64,000 nucleotides of DNA, taken from contig JAJPIL010000023.1 in the NCBI GenBank assembly GCA_021324755.1, forward strand, positions 28,138 through 92,137, read 5' to 3'. The notes under the pieces were generated by a model that worked only from the letters and a program-made list of their open reading frames with translations, searched no databases and was not told the origin of the DNA. Position 1 is the stretch's first letter; each line of letters starts with the position of its first letter. This document shows, piece by piece, positions 39,155-49,748 of this stretch. The stretch comes from Pseudomonadota bacterium (GTDB lineage: Bacteria > Desulfobacterota > Binatia > Binatales > Binataceae). Made by a program: the position numbers and the translations under genes.

Positions 39155-40579
39155 CTACAGTTGCTCGATTGGTTCTATCTTCATTGTTCGGACGTCCACG
39201 AAATGGCCCTCGAGTGCCGCCGCCGCAGCCATCGCCGGACTGACCAGATGCGTCCGTCCGCCCGGTCCCTGTCTGCCCTCGAAGTTGCGGTTGGAGGTAC
39301 TAGCGCATCGTTCGCCCGGCTTAAGAATGTCCGGGTTCATCCCCAAGCACATGCTGCATCCCGACTCGCGCCATTCGAAACCGGCTTCCTTGAAAATACG
39401 GTCCAATCCCAGCGCCTCGGCCGCAGCCTTGACCTGTTGCGAACCCGGAACCACCATCGCTCGCACGCCGGGCGCAACCTTGCGTCCTTTCACCACTGCC
39501 GCGGCTGTCATAAGGTCGTGAAGGCGCGAGTTGGTGCACGAGCCGATAAAAACCCGGTCGATTTTAATTTCGGTTATTGGTGTGCCCGGGACAAGCCCCA
39601 TGTACTCTAGAGCGCGTTCGGCGGCCGCGCGCACGAGCGGATCGGCAAAGGAACTCGGATCGGGAACCTTACCGGTTACATCGACGACCATCGCGGGATT
39701 GGTTCCCCAGGTTACTTGCGGGGCGAATTCCTCGGCCCGGAAGCGGTAGCTTTTGTCGAACTTCGCGTCCGAATCGGTGGCAAGCCTGAGCCACCGCTCG
39801 GCTTCGCGCTCGAAAGCGCGCCCCTTGGGAGCATAGCGCCGTCCGCGCAAATACTCGACGGTCTTTTCGTCAGGCGACACCATCCCGGCCCGCGCGCCAG
39901 CTTCGATCGACATGTTGCATATCGTCATCCGCTCTTCGATCGAGAGGCGTTTGATCGTGGGGCCGCGGTACTCGATTACGTGTCCAGTGGCGCCGTCGAC
40001 ATTGGTGCGGCCGATAATGCCCAAGATCAAGTCTTTGGCGCTGACGCCCGGACCGAGCTCTCCCTCCACCCAAATCTCCATTATTTTTGGCTTGGATTGC
40101 CAAAGACATTGCGTTGCCAGGACGTGCTCGACCTCACTTGTTCCAATCCCGAAGGCGAGCGCTCCCAGCGCGCCGTGGGTGGAGGTGTGGCTATCGCCGC
40201 ACACAATAGTCATGCCTGGCTGAGTCAGTCCGAGTTCGGGACCGATCACGTGGACTATCCCCTGTTCGCGCGAGCCCAAGTCGAACAGTTGGATCCCGAA
40301 CTCCGCGCAGTTACGCCGCATTGCTTCGACTTGACGCGCTGATTGGGGATCGGCGATCGGTAGCGAGCGGTCAGTGGTGGGCACGTTATGGTCGAGCGTC
40401 CCAAAGGTGCGCTGCGGGGCGCGCACTTTCCGGCCGGCCGCACGCAGACCTTCGAACGCCTGGGGCGAGGTCACCTCGTGAACCAAATGCAAGTCAATGT
40501 AAAGTAGGGCGGGCCCACCTGGTTCCTCGACGATTACATGCTGCTCCCAAATCTTTTCAAAAAGCGTTTTCGACGACAT
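39155..40579 (-). CDS. leuC: 3-isopropylmalate dehydratase large subunit
   Basis: 474 aa aconitase family with Fe-S cysteine motifs (CGDSHT; CMGMN). Confidence 0.9.
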   Translation of the reverse strand: MSSKTLFEKIWEQHVIVEEPGGPALLYIDLHLVHEVTSPQAFEGLRAAGRKVRAPQRTFGTLDHNVPTTDRSLPIADPQSARQVEAMRRNCAEFGIQLFDLGSREQGIVHVIGPELGLTQPGMTIVCGDSHTSTHGALGALAFGIGTSEVEHVLATQCLWQSKPKIMEIWVEGELGPGVSAKDLILGIIGRTNVDGATGHVIEYRGPTIKRLSIEERMTICNMSIEAGARAGMVSPDEKTVEYLRGRRYAPKGRAFEREAERWLRLATDSDAKFDKSYRFRAEEFAPQVTWGTNPAMVVDVTGKVPDPSSFADPLVRAAAERALEYMGLVPGTPITEIKIDRVFIGSCTNSRLHDLMTAAAVVKGRKVAPGVRAMVVPGSQQVKAAAEALGLDRIFKEAGFEWRESGCSMCLGMNPDILKPGERCASTSNRNFEGRQGPGGRTHLVSPAMAAAAALEGHFVDVRTMKIEPIEQL

Positions 40580-40908
40580 CTACAAATCCCATTTCAATGA
40601 CCGCATGATGTTTGGTTTCGCGCTCGGCTCTGCTCGTTGAGCGTTGGTTTGCGTCGCCAGAGGCAGGTTTGGAGCTTTGGCGCGCAGTCGAAATGTCCTC
40701 GCACTCGAGTCAAGCTGTAAAGAAAAAACCGCGCAAGACTAAAACTTTTGGCCGCCGAAGCACGCCGCCGCAGATGGAGACGCAGGCGACATCGTATACC
40801 GCAATTGCAATATAGAGCAGAACATAATGCTCTGTAAACTACGTCGCCGAGAGCGGCTCGCGCTGAGCAGCGGCCCGCCTGCCCGCGAACAACGTCGCCG
40901 CAAACCCA

Positions 40909-42339
40909 TCAACCGAGGCGCGCCAGGCTTTCGAGCGCCATTCTAGCTGCCTCTTCAGCGCTACGCACGCAATCGGGAATTCCGAGGCCACGGTATGCCC
41001 CACCTGCGAGCAGCAGACCCGGATACTGTTTAAGTTCGCGCTCTATCGACTGGACGCGTTCAAGATGACCCACCAGGTACTGTGGCATGGCGCGAAAATG
41101 GCGCTGCACAAAGGCGAATTTCGGGTCGCTACGGATGCCCAGAAGTTCTCGTAACTCAGCTTGCGCGATGTCAATCAACCGGTAGTTGTCGGCGCCGGCA
41201 AGCGTTTGCGCAACCTCGTCTCGAATGAATACCCGCACTAGAAGGTGGCCGTCAGGTGCGCGCTCGGCGAATTTGATGCTCGAAAACGTGCACGCAGCGA
41301 TCGCCTTGCCTTCCACCTGTGGCACCACGAAGCCCGAGCCTTCAAGCCTTCGCGCAGTGCCATCTGCGCGATACGCCAGTGTCACGAAGGTTGCGCTGCC
41401 GTAAGGGATTTTCTTGAGCAGCCCTGCAAGACGCGGCGCAACTTTTGCGAGCAGCCGCGAGGCCTCGTACGGCGGTATGGCAAGGATTACGACCGGCGCG
41501 CGTAGCGTTTGGCTGCTAGCAAGCCGCACCTCCCAGCCCTCCTCCGAGCGCGTTAGCTCGACCACTGGCGTAGCCGTGCGCAGCGAGGCCGTCAGCTCCT
41601 TGGTCAGAGCCTCAACTAAGGTAGCCATCCCGCGCCGAAAGCTCACAAAAAGCGCTAGACGGGCACCCTTAGCATTTTGCGCGCCCGCCTGACGCTGTCG
41701 CGCCATAGCACGCAGGCCCAGGATAACGCTGCGATAGCGTTGCTCGAGCTCGGCAAAGCGCGGCGTTGCGGCCCTGAGGCTTAGCTGCTCGGCGGCTACC
41801 CCGTATATTCCCTGAACCAGCGGTCGTACCAGATACTCCAGTACCTCTTGCCCGAGCCTCCGTTTGACAAACGACCCCACGCTTTCATCATTGCTCGCCG
41901 AGCGCCGGGGCAGCGCCAGGTCGAGCGCCGCACGTAACTTGCCACCCAGGCTCAAAGCTCGGCTTTTGAAAAGCGGCGCGAGCTTGGCTGGGCCGAGTAG
42001 GTAAAATCCCTCGGGGATTTCAATTAGACGGCCGTTGCGCACGACATAGATTTTTCGGCTTTCTTCTCGCGTGCCGATAAGCTCGTTCTCAAGCCCTAAC
42101 TTGTAGGCCAGCGCTAGCGCCCACGGCTTGTCGGTAAGGAATGAGTCGGGGCCGTTTTCCACGACGAAGCCATCGTGAAACGTCGTACTGATAACCCCGC
42201 CGGGGCGCTCTTGCGCCTCGAACACGGCGAGCTCGACCGGATTTTGCTGGGCTTTCGATTGCTCGCGCACAAAATAGGCTGCGGAAAGGCCGCTTATGCC
42301 TGCGCCGACAACGATAACCGCTTTGTGCTGCGAGCGCAT
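40909..42339 (-). CDS. hemY: protoporphyrinogen/coproporphyrinogen III oxidase (HemY/CgoX family)
   Basis: FAD-binding GxGxxG (VIVVGAGISGLSAAY). 476 aa. It lies adjacent to ferrochelatase and hemE. Confidence 0.85.
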   Translation of the reverse strand: MRSQHKAVIVVGAGISGLSAAYFVREQSKAQQNPVELAVFEAQERPGGVISTTFHDGFVVENGPDSFLTDKPWALALAYKLGLENELIGTREESRKIYVVRNGRLIEIPEGFYLLGPAKLAPLFKSRALSLGGKLRAALDLALPRRSASNDESVGSFVKRRLGQEVLEYLVRPLVQGIYGVAAEQLSLRAATPRFAELEQRYRSVILGLRAMARQRQAGAQNAKGARLALFVSFRRGMATLVEALTKELTASLRTATPVVELTRSEEGWEVRLASSQTLRAPVVILAIPPYEASRLLAKVAPRLAGLLKKIPYGSATFVTLAYRADGTARRLEGSGFVVPQVEGKAIAACTFSSIKFAERAPDGHLLVRVFIRDEVAQTLAGADNYRLIDIAQAELRELLGIRSDPKFAFVQRHFRAMPQYLVGHLERVQSIERELKQYPGLLLAGGAYRGLGIPDCVRSAEEAARMALESLARLG

Positions 42340-42468
42340 ATCGAAAAGGGGGCCAGAAACCGAACGGCTTTCGCGTTGCCCTTCGTTTTGAAAGCCGGGC
42401 TATTGAATGAAGAGCCGCGCTGCTCGAATTAGCCCTGTCGCGTAAAATCCGGCAAGATGAGAGTTTCG

Positions 42469-43383
42469 CTAATGGCCGGCGAGCTGCTCGTGCACGAGCT
42501 CAGCTATCATCTGGATGAAGACAGGGTCGTCGTTGACCGCGCTAGCCCGAACCATCGTTACGCCGGCTTGCTGCGCGATGCTTCGCGCTTCGATGTCCAG
42601 GTCGTAGAGGATTTCGACATTCTCGCAAAGGAAACCGAGAGGCATCACGACCGCGGCGTCTTCCTTAAGTGAAGCTAGCAGTTCGCCGACGTCCGGCCCA
42701 AGCCAAGGCTCATATGGGTTGCCACTGCGGCTCTGGTAAGCGACAAACCATCGACGCCATCCGAGCTTGTCTGCCACCAGCGCGGCAGACTCGTGCAGCT
42801 CCTGCGCGTAGCGGCTTTGCTCCGCCATCGCACAGGGGATACTGTGGGCGGTGAAGATAAGGCAGGCTCGTTCGCGCTGTTTAGGCGAGAGTTTACTCGC
42901 TGCTGTCCTGACCTGCTTTGCGACCGACTCGACAAACAGGGGATGGGTGTGCCACGGGCCGACGTACTCGATTTCGGGCGCATTAGGTCCCAGAGCCCGT
43001 TGCGCTTGACGAGCGCTCTCGACGTACCGATCGAAGCTCGCCTCCGAGCGATGGGGCGCCAGAACGAAACCAACTGAGTACTTGACTCCGTCGCGCGCCA
43101 TCACTTGCAAAGTGTCAGACAGAAACGGCGACCAGTTGCGCATACCGACGTAAACCGCGCACCTGAGGCGTTCCGCCAGCGCCTTGGCCTGGCGCATCAC
43201 GATTTCGTTGTAAGGCGAACGCCCGCCCACGGCCTCGTAATGATGGGCCACTTCCTCAATTCGCGCCTGTGGGATCCCTCTGCCCCGCGTGACGGTCTCG
43301 AGAAAGGGGCGCACCTCATCCGGCTTAGTGGGCCCGCCGAAACCAATTAACAGAACCGCCTTATTGTTGTTGTCGAGTTTCAT
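42469..43383 (-). CDS. hemH: ferrochelatase (possibly coproporphyrin ferrochelatase)
   Basis: 304 aa with an N-terminal LLIGFGGP motif and the ferrochelatase fold. Confidence 0.85.
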   Translation of the reverse strand: MKLDNNNKAVLLIGFGGPTKPDEVRPFLETVTRGRGIPQARIEEVAHHYEAVGGRSPYNEIVMRQAKALAERLRCAVYVGMRNWSPFLSDTLQVMARDGVKYSVGFVLAPHRSEASFDRYVESARQAQRALGPNAPEIEYVGPWHTHPLFVESVAKQVRTAASKLSPKQRERACLIFTAHSIPCAMAEQSRYAQELHESAALVADKLGWRRWFVAYQSRSGNPYEPWLGPDVGELLASLKEDAAVVMPLGFLCENVEILYDLDIEARSIAQQAGVTMVRASAVNDDPVFIQMIAELVHEQLAGH

Positions 43384-45361
43384 CTCGTTTGAACTTCGCG
43401 CTCATTTCGTGCACCGCATCGACCAGGGCGATCACATGATCGACCGGCGTCTGGGGCAGCACGCCGTGCCCCAGATTAAAGATATGGCCCGGGCGTCCTT
43501 CGGCTTCATCGAGGATAGCGGCAACCTTAGCCCGGAGCTCTCGAACATCGGCCAGAAGGGCCGCAGGGTCAAGGTTTCCTTGGACGGCGACTTTGTAGTT
43601 CAAGCGACGCCACGCCTCGCGCAGGCTGACGCGCCAATCAAGCCCGATTACGTCGCCGCCGGCCTCAGCCATCAACTCGAGCAAATTGCCCGTAGCAGTG
43701 CCGAAGTGAATCAGCGGGACGTCCTTGGGCACCGTCGCTATGAGGGCGGCAGTATGCGGCAGAATATAACGTCGGTAGTCGTCTGGGCTTAGGTTACCAA
43801 CCCAGCTATCGAAAAGCTGAATCAAGTTTGCCCCAGCTGCAATCTGAATTCTCAAATACTCGGCCGTAAGGCGCACCAGCGCTTCCATAAGCCGCTTCCA
43901 CGTTGCTTCCTCCGTGTACATCATCCGCTTGGTCAGCAGATACTGGCGTGACGCCTTACCCTCGACTAAATAAGAAGCCAACGTGAACGGTGCACCGGCA
44001 AAGCCGATGACCGGCGTCTTGTCGCCCAAAGCTCGGCGCACAAGCTTTATCGCTTCGCCGGTAGTCTCAAGTTCAGCAGAGGGATCGACCGCGGCCAACC
44101 GTTCGACGTCCTTGAGGCATCGTATCGGATGTTCGATGACGGGGCCGTCGCTCGTCTCGTATCTAACTCCGACCCCTGTCGGCAAAAGCGCCAGCAGAAT
44201 ATCAGAGAAAATTATCGCGGCGTCGACCCCGAGTTTCTCCACAGCCGTTACCGTGATTTCCGCCGCGAGCTCGGGTCGCCGGCACATCTCGAGAAATCCG
44301 AACCGCTCACGCATCCTGCGGTATTCAGGCATGTAGCGGCCCGCCTGGCGCATCAACCACACTGGGGTATATGGCGTTGGCTCGAGACGACACGCCTTGA
44401 GTATCGGGTGCTCCGATAAGGCGGACTTCGCTTCGGACGCGGCTTTGTCGGGCCGAACCGGTGGGCTTGCGACCGAGCTCGACACCTCAAATTTTGTAGC
44501 TTTTTTGGCGCGTACCAGCGCCGGCGCTTGGCGAGCTATTTCCTTGACGAGGTGGCCGAGCTTAGGATGGGCAGGTTCGACGTCAACCGCAAAGCCGTAT
44601 TTACGCAGCACCTCCGAACAGACCGGCCCGATCGAGCCTACCACGATTCGATTGAATTCGCGACGTAACGCGCTCTCTAGGCCTTCGGCTCGCGCGACCT
44701 GAAGCACGTTAGTTACTTGAGTGCTGCTGGTGAAAAGGGCGATGTCGTAGTTGCCAGACACAAGTGAGGTTAATGCGGCAATCAGCGGTGAGCGGTCCTC
44801 AGGAAGTGCCCACCGGTAGACCGGAACCGAGCGTACGACCGCTCCGTGCGCCTCCAGTCCGGCAACTAACTCGGGATTGGTCGTGCCGTACTCCTGGATC
44901 GCTATCCGCTTGTCTTTGAGCACGACCCGCTTGCAAAGCGCCTCGAGAAGCTCGCGTGAGGTATTTGGCTCCGGTACATTGATCGTGGCTTGAAGGCCGG
45001 CCTCCCTAAGAACCCGGACGACTTTGGGCCCGCGCGCAGCGGTCACAATTCGCCCGAGAGCTTCGATTATCTGGGAAAGCTGGTAATGCTGAGAAATAAT
45101 CTCAAACAGCGTTTTTACCCCTACGCCAGTTAGAAAGATCACTATATCGAGTTGGCCGGCAATCAGCGCCTGCGCAAAAGCTTGCGCTGCTGGGTTTTCT
45201 TCCAGACCCACTTCCCGCATCGCGGGCGCGCTTGTAACCGAGGCGCCGTAGCGCTCGAGCATCGTGCGCAGCTCCCGGGCCATCCGGTTTTCAAAAGCGA
45301 CTACACGAAAGCCGCTAAGAGTCCGTGGGTCTTCACTAAGGGTGTCAGGAGTCAAAGACAT
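43361..45361 (-). CDS. fused uroporphyrinogen-III synthase (HemD-like N-domain) and uroporphyrinogen decarboxylase (HemE)
   Basis: 666 aa. The N-terminal ~300 aa has the duplicated HemD-like pattern (DIVIFLTGVGV... and DIALFTSSTQV...). The C-terminal ~350 aa is HemE, with PVWLMRQAGRYMPEYR. Confidence 0.8.
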   Translation of the reverse strand: MSLTPDTLSEDPRTLSGFRVVAFENRMARELRTMLERYGASVTSAPAMREVGLEENPAAQAFAQALIAGQLDIVIFLTGVGVKTLFEIISQHYQLSQIIEALGRIVTAARGPKVVRVLREAGLQATINVPEPNTSRELLEALCKRVVLKDKRIAIQEYGTTNPELVAGLEAHGAVVRSVPVYRWALPEDRSPLIAALTSLVSGNYDIALFTSSTQVTNVLQVARAEGLESALRREFNRIVVGSIGPVCSEVLRKYGFAVDVEPAHPKLGHLVKEIARQAPALVRAKKATKFEVSSSVASPPVRPDKAASEAKSALSEHPILKACRLEPTPYTPVWLMRQAGRYMPEYRRMRERFGFLEMCRRPELAAEITVTAVEKLGVDAAIIFSDILLALLPTGVGVRYETSDGPVIEHPIRCLKDVERLAAVDPSAELETTGEAIKLVRRALGDKTPVIGFAGAPFTLASYLVEGKASRQYLLTKRMMYTEEATWKRLMEALVRLTAEYLRIQIAAGANLIQLFDSWVGNLSPDDYRRYILPHTAALIATVPKDVPLIHFGTATGNLLELMAEAGGDVIGLDWRVSLREAWRRLNYKVAVQGNLDPAALLADVRELRAKVAAILDEAEGRPGHIFNLGHGVLPQTPVDHVIALVDAVHEMSAKFKRDETRQQQ

Positions 45362-45752
45362 AAAAAATAAAAGCTATTTTCCGCGCTTAAAATTATACTT
45401 GCTCTATTGACGCTTGCCTATTGCGCCTTAAGGCTCAGGCGCACAGCGCGATTAGCCTGGTACACGGGGGAGCATAACATGTCTTGGGGCGGTGCGTGGT
45501 CTTTTTCTTCTAAGCGACCAGCCGGCTTGTTGGCTAAAGCCCGTTGACGCGCCCAACGTTTAACACTTACGCTTCCAAAGGTTGATGCCCGAGAACTGCA
45601 GGTTGAAAAAGGCTAGTAGAATTTCGGCGTTTTGTCGCCGACGGAGAGATTGGTGACCTTTTAGCAAGTGGTTCTGCGACTTAGATTTTATTTCGGGACG
45701 TCGCAAGGAGCGCTTCGATCGCAGCCGCGTCAGGGCCGTCGGGCGGATTTAT

Positions 45753-46238
45753 ATGCCGCGTAGGTCTGGCGCTGAATTTTTGAGCCAATGGCCTAAGCCC
45801 GTGCCTGAAGAGCCGAGCGATTCGCTCGAGTTATTTCGCGAGCTCGATCATGTCGGCGACTTGGCAATCGAAGTTGTCGCTTGCGAGCGCGCGGAACTTT
45901 TCAGGCGCGCTTTGTGCGCATTGGCTCGATTAATGGTCGAAGCCGACGACATCCGTCCGACTCATCGACACGAGATTGTCTGCGAAGCGCTCAACGACGT
46001 AGACCTAATACACGACCTCTTGGCTAGAGCGCTAAACCTGTTCTTTATCGAGAACTTCGTATGGTGTTCTGCCGAGGTCGAGGAGCAAGACCACAAGGTT
46101 AAGGCAACGCTCTTAGGCGAGCCGTTCGACCGCGCACGCCATCGACTGGTTCGCGAGATCAAGGCTGTGACATATCACCGCCTTGTAGTCGAGAACGACG
46201 GTTCGCGATGGCGAGCGCAGATCATCTTTGACATCTAG
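45753..46238 (+). CDS. archease (RtcB activator)
   Basis: 161 aa with an archease N-terminal pattern (FRELDHVGDLAIEVVACERAELFRRAL). It is directly upstream of rtcB. Confidence 0.75.
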   Translation: MPRRSGAEFLSQWPKPVPEEPSDSLELFRELDHVGDLAIEVVACERAELFRRALCALARLMVEADDIRPTHRHEIVCEALNDVDLIHDLLARALNLFFIENFVWCSAEVEEQDHKVKATLLGEPFDRARHRLVREIKAVTYHRLVVENDGSRWRAQIIFDI

Positions 46239-46311
46239 AACGCTCGACTTTTAACTGACCTTTTTCAACTAACCTTTCGCAAGTTGAATCTCTGACCGTT
46301 GTGTCGATAGG

Positions 46312-47754
46312 TTGGCTATGGAGCTACGGCAAATAAACGACTATCTGTGGGAAATTCCTCGTCACGGTGAGATGCGCGTGCCGGGGCGGATTTATGCCAG
46401 CCGCGCGATGATGGAGGAGTTGCGCGACGACCCGGCGCTGAACCAGGTCGAGAATGTTGCGTGTCTACCGGGTATTGTCGGCTACTCGCTGGCCATGCCC
46501 GATATCCACTGGGGCTACGGGTTTCCGATCGGCGGCGTGGCAGCTATTGATGCGGAAGACGGTGTCATCTCGCCTGGTGGAGTTGGCTACGACATCAACT
46601 GTGGGGTTCGGTTAATCCGAACCAATCTCAAGCGGGCCGATATTGCCAACGACATCGAGCGCTTGGGCGACGCTTTGTACAAGGCGATTCCTGCGGGCGT
46701 CGGTTCGGAAGGCGCGATCCCCTCGCTGAGTATCGCCGAGCTCAAGAAAGTGGTACGCGACGGCGTTCGATGGGCAGTGGCAAACGGTTACGCCAAGCCC
46801 GAGGACCTAAACCACATTGAGGAACAGGGTTGTCTTGCGGGAGCCGACCCCGACGCGGTGAGCGAAGAGGCGTACAAGCGCGGGCACAAACAGCTTGGCA
46901 CCCTGGGCTCTGGGAACCATTTCTTGGAATGCGAAGAGGTGGACGAAATATATGCGCCCGAGGTTGCCAAAGCCTTGGGACTGGAGCTCGGTCAGGTAAC
47001 CGTGCTGATTCATTCCGGCTCGCGCGGGTTGGGTCATCAGACCTGTGACGATTATTTGCGCAAAATCGGTAAAAATCTCGACTCGTACAACTTCAAGCTT
47101 CCGGACCGGCAGCTGGCCGCGGCACCGATAAAGTCGCCGGAGGGGCGTGCTTACCTGGCGGCGATGGCGGCCGCGGCCAATTTTGCGTGGTGTAATCGCC
47201 AGCTGATGACCTACCTGGCTGAGCGAGCCTTTATGGAAGCGCTACACATCGGACCGAAAGAGCTCGGCTTTGCGCTGGTTTACGACGTCTGCCACAATAT
47301 CGCAAAATTCGAAGAGCATCAGATCGACGGCCGGACTTTGCGCGTGTGCGTCCATCGCAAAGGCGCTACTCGAGCCTTCCCGCCAGGTCATCCCGCATTA
47401 CCGCCAGGACTGCGCGAGATCGGTCAACCCGTTTTGATCCCAGGCGATATGGGACGTTACTCCTTTGTGCTTATCGGGCTTGAGAACTCGATGCGCGAAA
47501 CCTTCGGCTCTACTTGCCATGGCGCTGGGCGCGTGCTCAGCCGCCATCAGGCAAAAAAAGAAGCGCGCGGACGCGACCTCGTCGCTGAGCTTGCCCGCCA
47601 GGGTGTAATCGTGCGCGCTGCAAGTCGCGCTACCGTGGCTGAAGAAATGCCGATGGCCTATAAAGATGTGGCTAACGTGGTAGAAGTGATGGAGGCAGCT
47701 GGAGTAAGCCGCAAAGTCGCGCGGCTCAAGCCGTTCCTCGTGGTCAAAGGCTAA
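46312..47754 (+). CDS. rtcB: RNA-splicing ligase RtcB
   Basis: 480 aa with the RtcB family GSGNHF motif and metal-binding His residues. Confidence 0.9.
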   Translation: MAMELRQINDYLWEIPRHGEMRVPGRIYASRAMMEELRDDPALNQVENVACLPGIVGYSLAMPDIHWGYGFPIGGVAAIDAEDGVISPGGVGYDINCGVRLIRTNLKRADIANDIERLGDALYKAIPAGVGSEGAIPSLSIAELKKVVRDGVRWAVANGYAKPEDLNHIEEQGCLAGADPDAVSEEAYKRGHKQLGTLGSGNHFLECEEVDEIYAPEVAKALGLELGQVTVLIHSGSRGLGHQTCDDYLRKIGKNLDSYNFKLPDRQLAAAPIKSPEGRAYLAAMAAAANFAWCNRQLMTYLAERAFMEALHIGPKELGFALVYDVCHNIAKFEEHQIDGRTLRVCVHRKGATRAFPPGHPALPPGLREIGQPVLIPGDMGRYSFVLIGLENSMRETFGSTCHGAGRVLSRHQAKKEARGRDLVAELARQGVIVRAASRATVAEEMPMAYKDVANVVEVMEAAGVSRKVARLKPFLVVKG

Positions 47755-47836
47755 CGTAATTGGGCTCAAACGGCGGGGGAAAGTTGCCCCACAATCGTGG
47801 GTGGCGTTCGCCTTGTTTAAGAAAGGCGCAAAACCC

Positions 47837-48787
47837 TTAGTAAATTGGGGCACGCGCAAGAATCTCTTTTGCGCGCGCGACGTCGTGCGCGATTTGCTCT
47901 GAAAGGGCCTGAGGCGAGGGAAATTTCCTTTCCTCGCGCACCCGCTCGATAAACTCTACCTTTACTTTCTGCCCGTATATATCGCCTACGAAATCGAACA
48001 AGTAGGCTTCTATCGCTAGCTCGTTTTCTCCGAAGGTGGGTCTAGTACCAATATTGATTACGGCATCGCGCACGCCATCGTTCAAAATCACCCGGCCGGC
48101 ATAAACCCCGTTCGGAGGAACGCACTCGGTCGATGTGCTGACGTTAGCCGTGGGAAAGCCAAGCTCGCGTCCTCGCCCGTGGCCGCGCACGACTTGCCCG
48201 CTCAAAAAGTGCGGGCGCCCCAACAAAAAAGCAGCCGTCTTGACGTCGCCGCTAGCGATAAGTTCGCGTATTTTCGACGAGCTCACCATTATCCCATTAA
48301 CTGTCACCGGCTGCACGACAAACGTTTCAAAGCCGAACTCACGGCCAAGCTCGATCATTTTTTGGGCGTTGCCCGAGCGCCGATGGCCAAAGGCAGCCGT
48401 CGCCCCTATTACGACCTCGCGCACACCAATCGCCTCAACCAAACAGTCGGCGACGAATTTACGCGGTTCGAGAAGCGAAAGCTCGTGGGTGAACTCGAGC
48501 ACGACGATCGCTGCAAGGTCGAACCTGGACAGGTAATCGAGTTTGTCCTCCAAAGTCATGATTAGTCGCGGTGCTCGGTTGGGGAAGAGCACTTTCGCCG
48601 GAGGTGGATCGAAAGTAAGAGCAAAGGCGAGCCCGTTTCGTCGTCGGGCGTGTTCGATCGCGGTTTTCAAAATCGCCTGATGGCCCAGATGCACACCGTC
48701 AAAGTTCCCCATCGCGACCACCGGATAGTCGGTGGCAGGCAGCGCACGAGGATCGCGAAAAATTTTCTTCCCTTCAGGCTGGTTCAA
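47837..48787 (-). CDS. ribF: bifunctional riboflavin kinase / FAD synthetase
   Basis: 316 aa with an N-terminal FMN adenylyltransferase and C-terminal riboflavin kinase (PTANV...GxxxFGE). Confidence 0.9.
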   Translation of the reverse strand: MNQPEGKKIFRDPRALPATDYPVVAMGNFDGVHLGHQAILKTAIEHARRRNGLAFALTFDPPPAKVLFPNRAPRLIMTLEDKLDYLSRFDLAAIVVLEFTHELSLLEPRKFVADCLVEAIGVREVVIGATAAFGHRRSGNAQKMIELGREFGFETFVVQPVTVNGIMVSSSKIRELIASGDVKTAAFLLGRPHFLSGQVVRGHGRGRELGFPTANVSTSTECVPPNGVYAGRVILNDGVRDAVINIGTRPTFGENELAIEAYLFDFVGDIYGQKVKVEFIERVREERKFPSPQALSEQIAHDVARAKEILARAPIY

Positions 48788-48826
48788 TTTTTAGAATCCC
48801 GAACCTTCGATGTATGGAAAAGCTCA

Positions 48827-49726
48827 CTACTCTAAAACTTTCATTAACTGTCGCGCCGTCGCGGCCTGGGGGGAGTTGGCATGATCGGCAAGAAGCTTTT
48901 GCAATGTCAAGCGAGCGTCGATCTTGTCGTTAAGCTTCAGAAACGCTTGCGCTTCATACAGTAGCGCGTCACTGGCAAACCGGCTTGTCGGGTAGCGCAT
49001 GACAAGATCGTTGAACTGGAGGATCGATTCATCGTACCTGCCTTGTTGGTAGAGCGCGGCGGCCCAGAAGTATTGCGCCGGCTCATTGAGCGGTGATTTG
49101 GGGTATTTTTTCTTGAGCAAGCTAAATTGGGCGATCGCGCCCCCGTATTTTCCTTGCTTTAGCGCCTCGAGTCCAGCCAGGTAGAGGCGGGCTTCTGGTC
49201 CAGAGCGCGATGTGGCAGAGGCAAGCTCTTGGTTGAGCATCGCGTTCAAGTCGGCGACCTTCGAGGGCACTGTCGCCTCGCTCTCGACCGGCGGCGTAGC
49301 AGGGGTCGGTGGGACGAGCGTCGGCGGCACGACCGCGGCAGCGGTCTCGCCGCTAGGGTTCGTCGTGGGCGAGGTCGGCAGCGTGCTTGTGACCGGTGCA
49401 GGAGTGGAAGCGGCTGCTGGATGCTCCTGTCCAAGTTGAGCTTCAAGGCGCGCAACCCGCTGCTCGAGGCGATTTAGACGCCTGACCGATGCGCGGCCCA
49501 TCGGCGCACCCGCGATACCCGATTGGCTGGTTTCCCGGATGGCGTTTTCGAGCTGGCTTAAGCGGTCTTGAAGCTGCTGAATCTGTTGACGATCTTCAGC
49601 AATCATACTGCGCAACTGAAGTTGGTTGCGCTGAAGCTGCTCCAAGTCCGCCTGCGAAGCGCAGCCCCCGAGAAGCGCCACCGACGCAAGTAACATTATC
49701 TTTTGTGCATAACTGCTCGAAGCCAA
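48827..49726 (-). CDS. cpoB: Tol-Pal system protein CpoB/YbgF
   Basis: Signal peptide, N-terminal coiled coil, proline/threonine-rich linker and C-terminal TPR repeats. It is downstream of pal. Confidence 0.8.
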   Translation of the reverse strand: MASSSYAQKIMLLASVALLGGCASQADLEQLQRNQLQLRSMIAEDRQQIQQLQDRLSQLENAIRETSQSGIAGAPMGRASVRRLNRLEQRVARLEAQLGQEHPAAASTPAPVTSTLPTSPTTNPSGETAAAVVPPTLVPPTPATPPVESEATVPSKVADLNAMLNQELASATSRSGPEARLYLAGLEALKQGKYGGAIAQFSLLKKKYPKSPLNEPAQYFWAAALYQQGRYDESILQFNDLVMRYPTSRFASDALLYEAQAFLKLNDKIDARLTLQKLLADHANSPQAATARQLMKVLE

Positions 49727-49748
49727 TTTCCTTCTCCCTATCGAGTCG

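Noticed and set aside
40580-40908. Possible leader peptide upstream of leuC (small ORFs MRSLKWDL and MFCSILQLRYTMSPASPSAAACFGGQKF)
   Set aside because: They are not enriched in Leu, Ile or Val codons, and no convincing terminator/antiterminator pair is nearby, unlike the leuA upstream region.
45458-45474. sigma-54-like -24/-12 element (TGGTAC...GAGCA) upstream of archease-rtcB
   Set aside because: Only a partial match to the TGGCAC-N5-TTGCA consensus, with the spacing off by one and no rtcR activator nearby.
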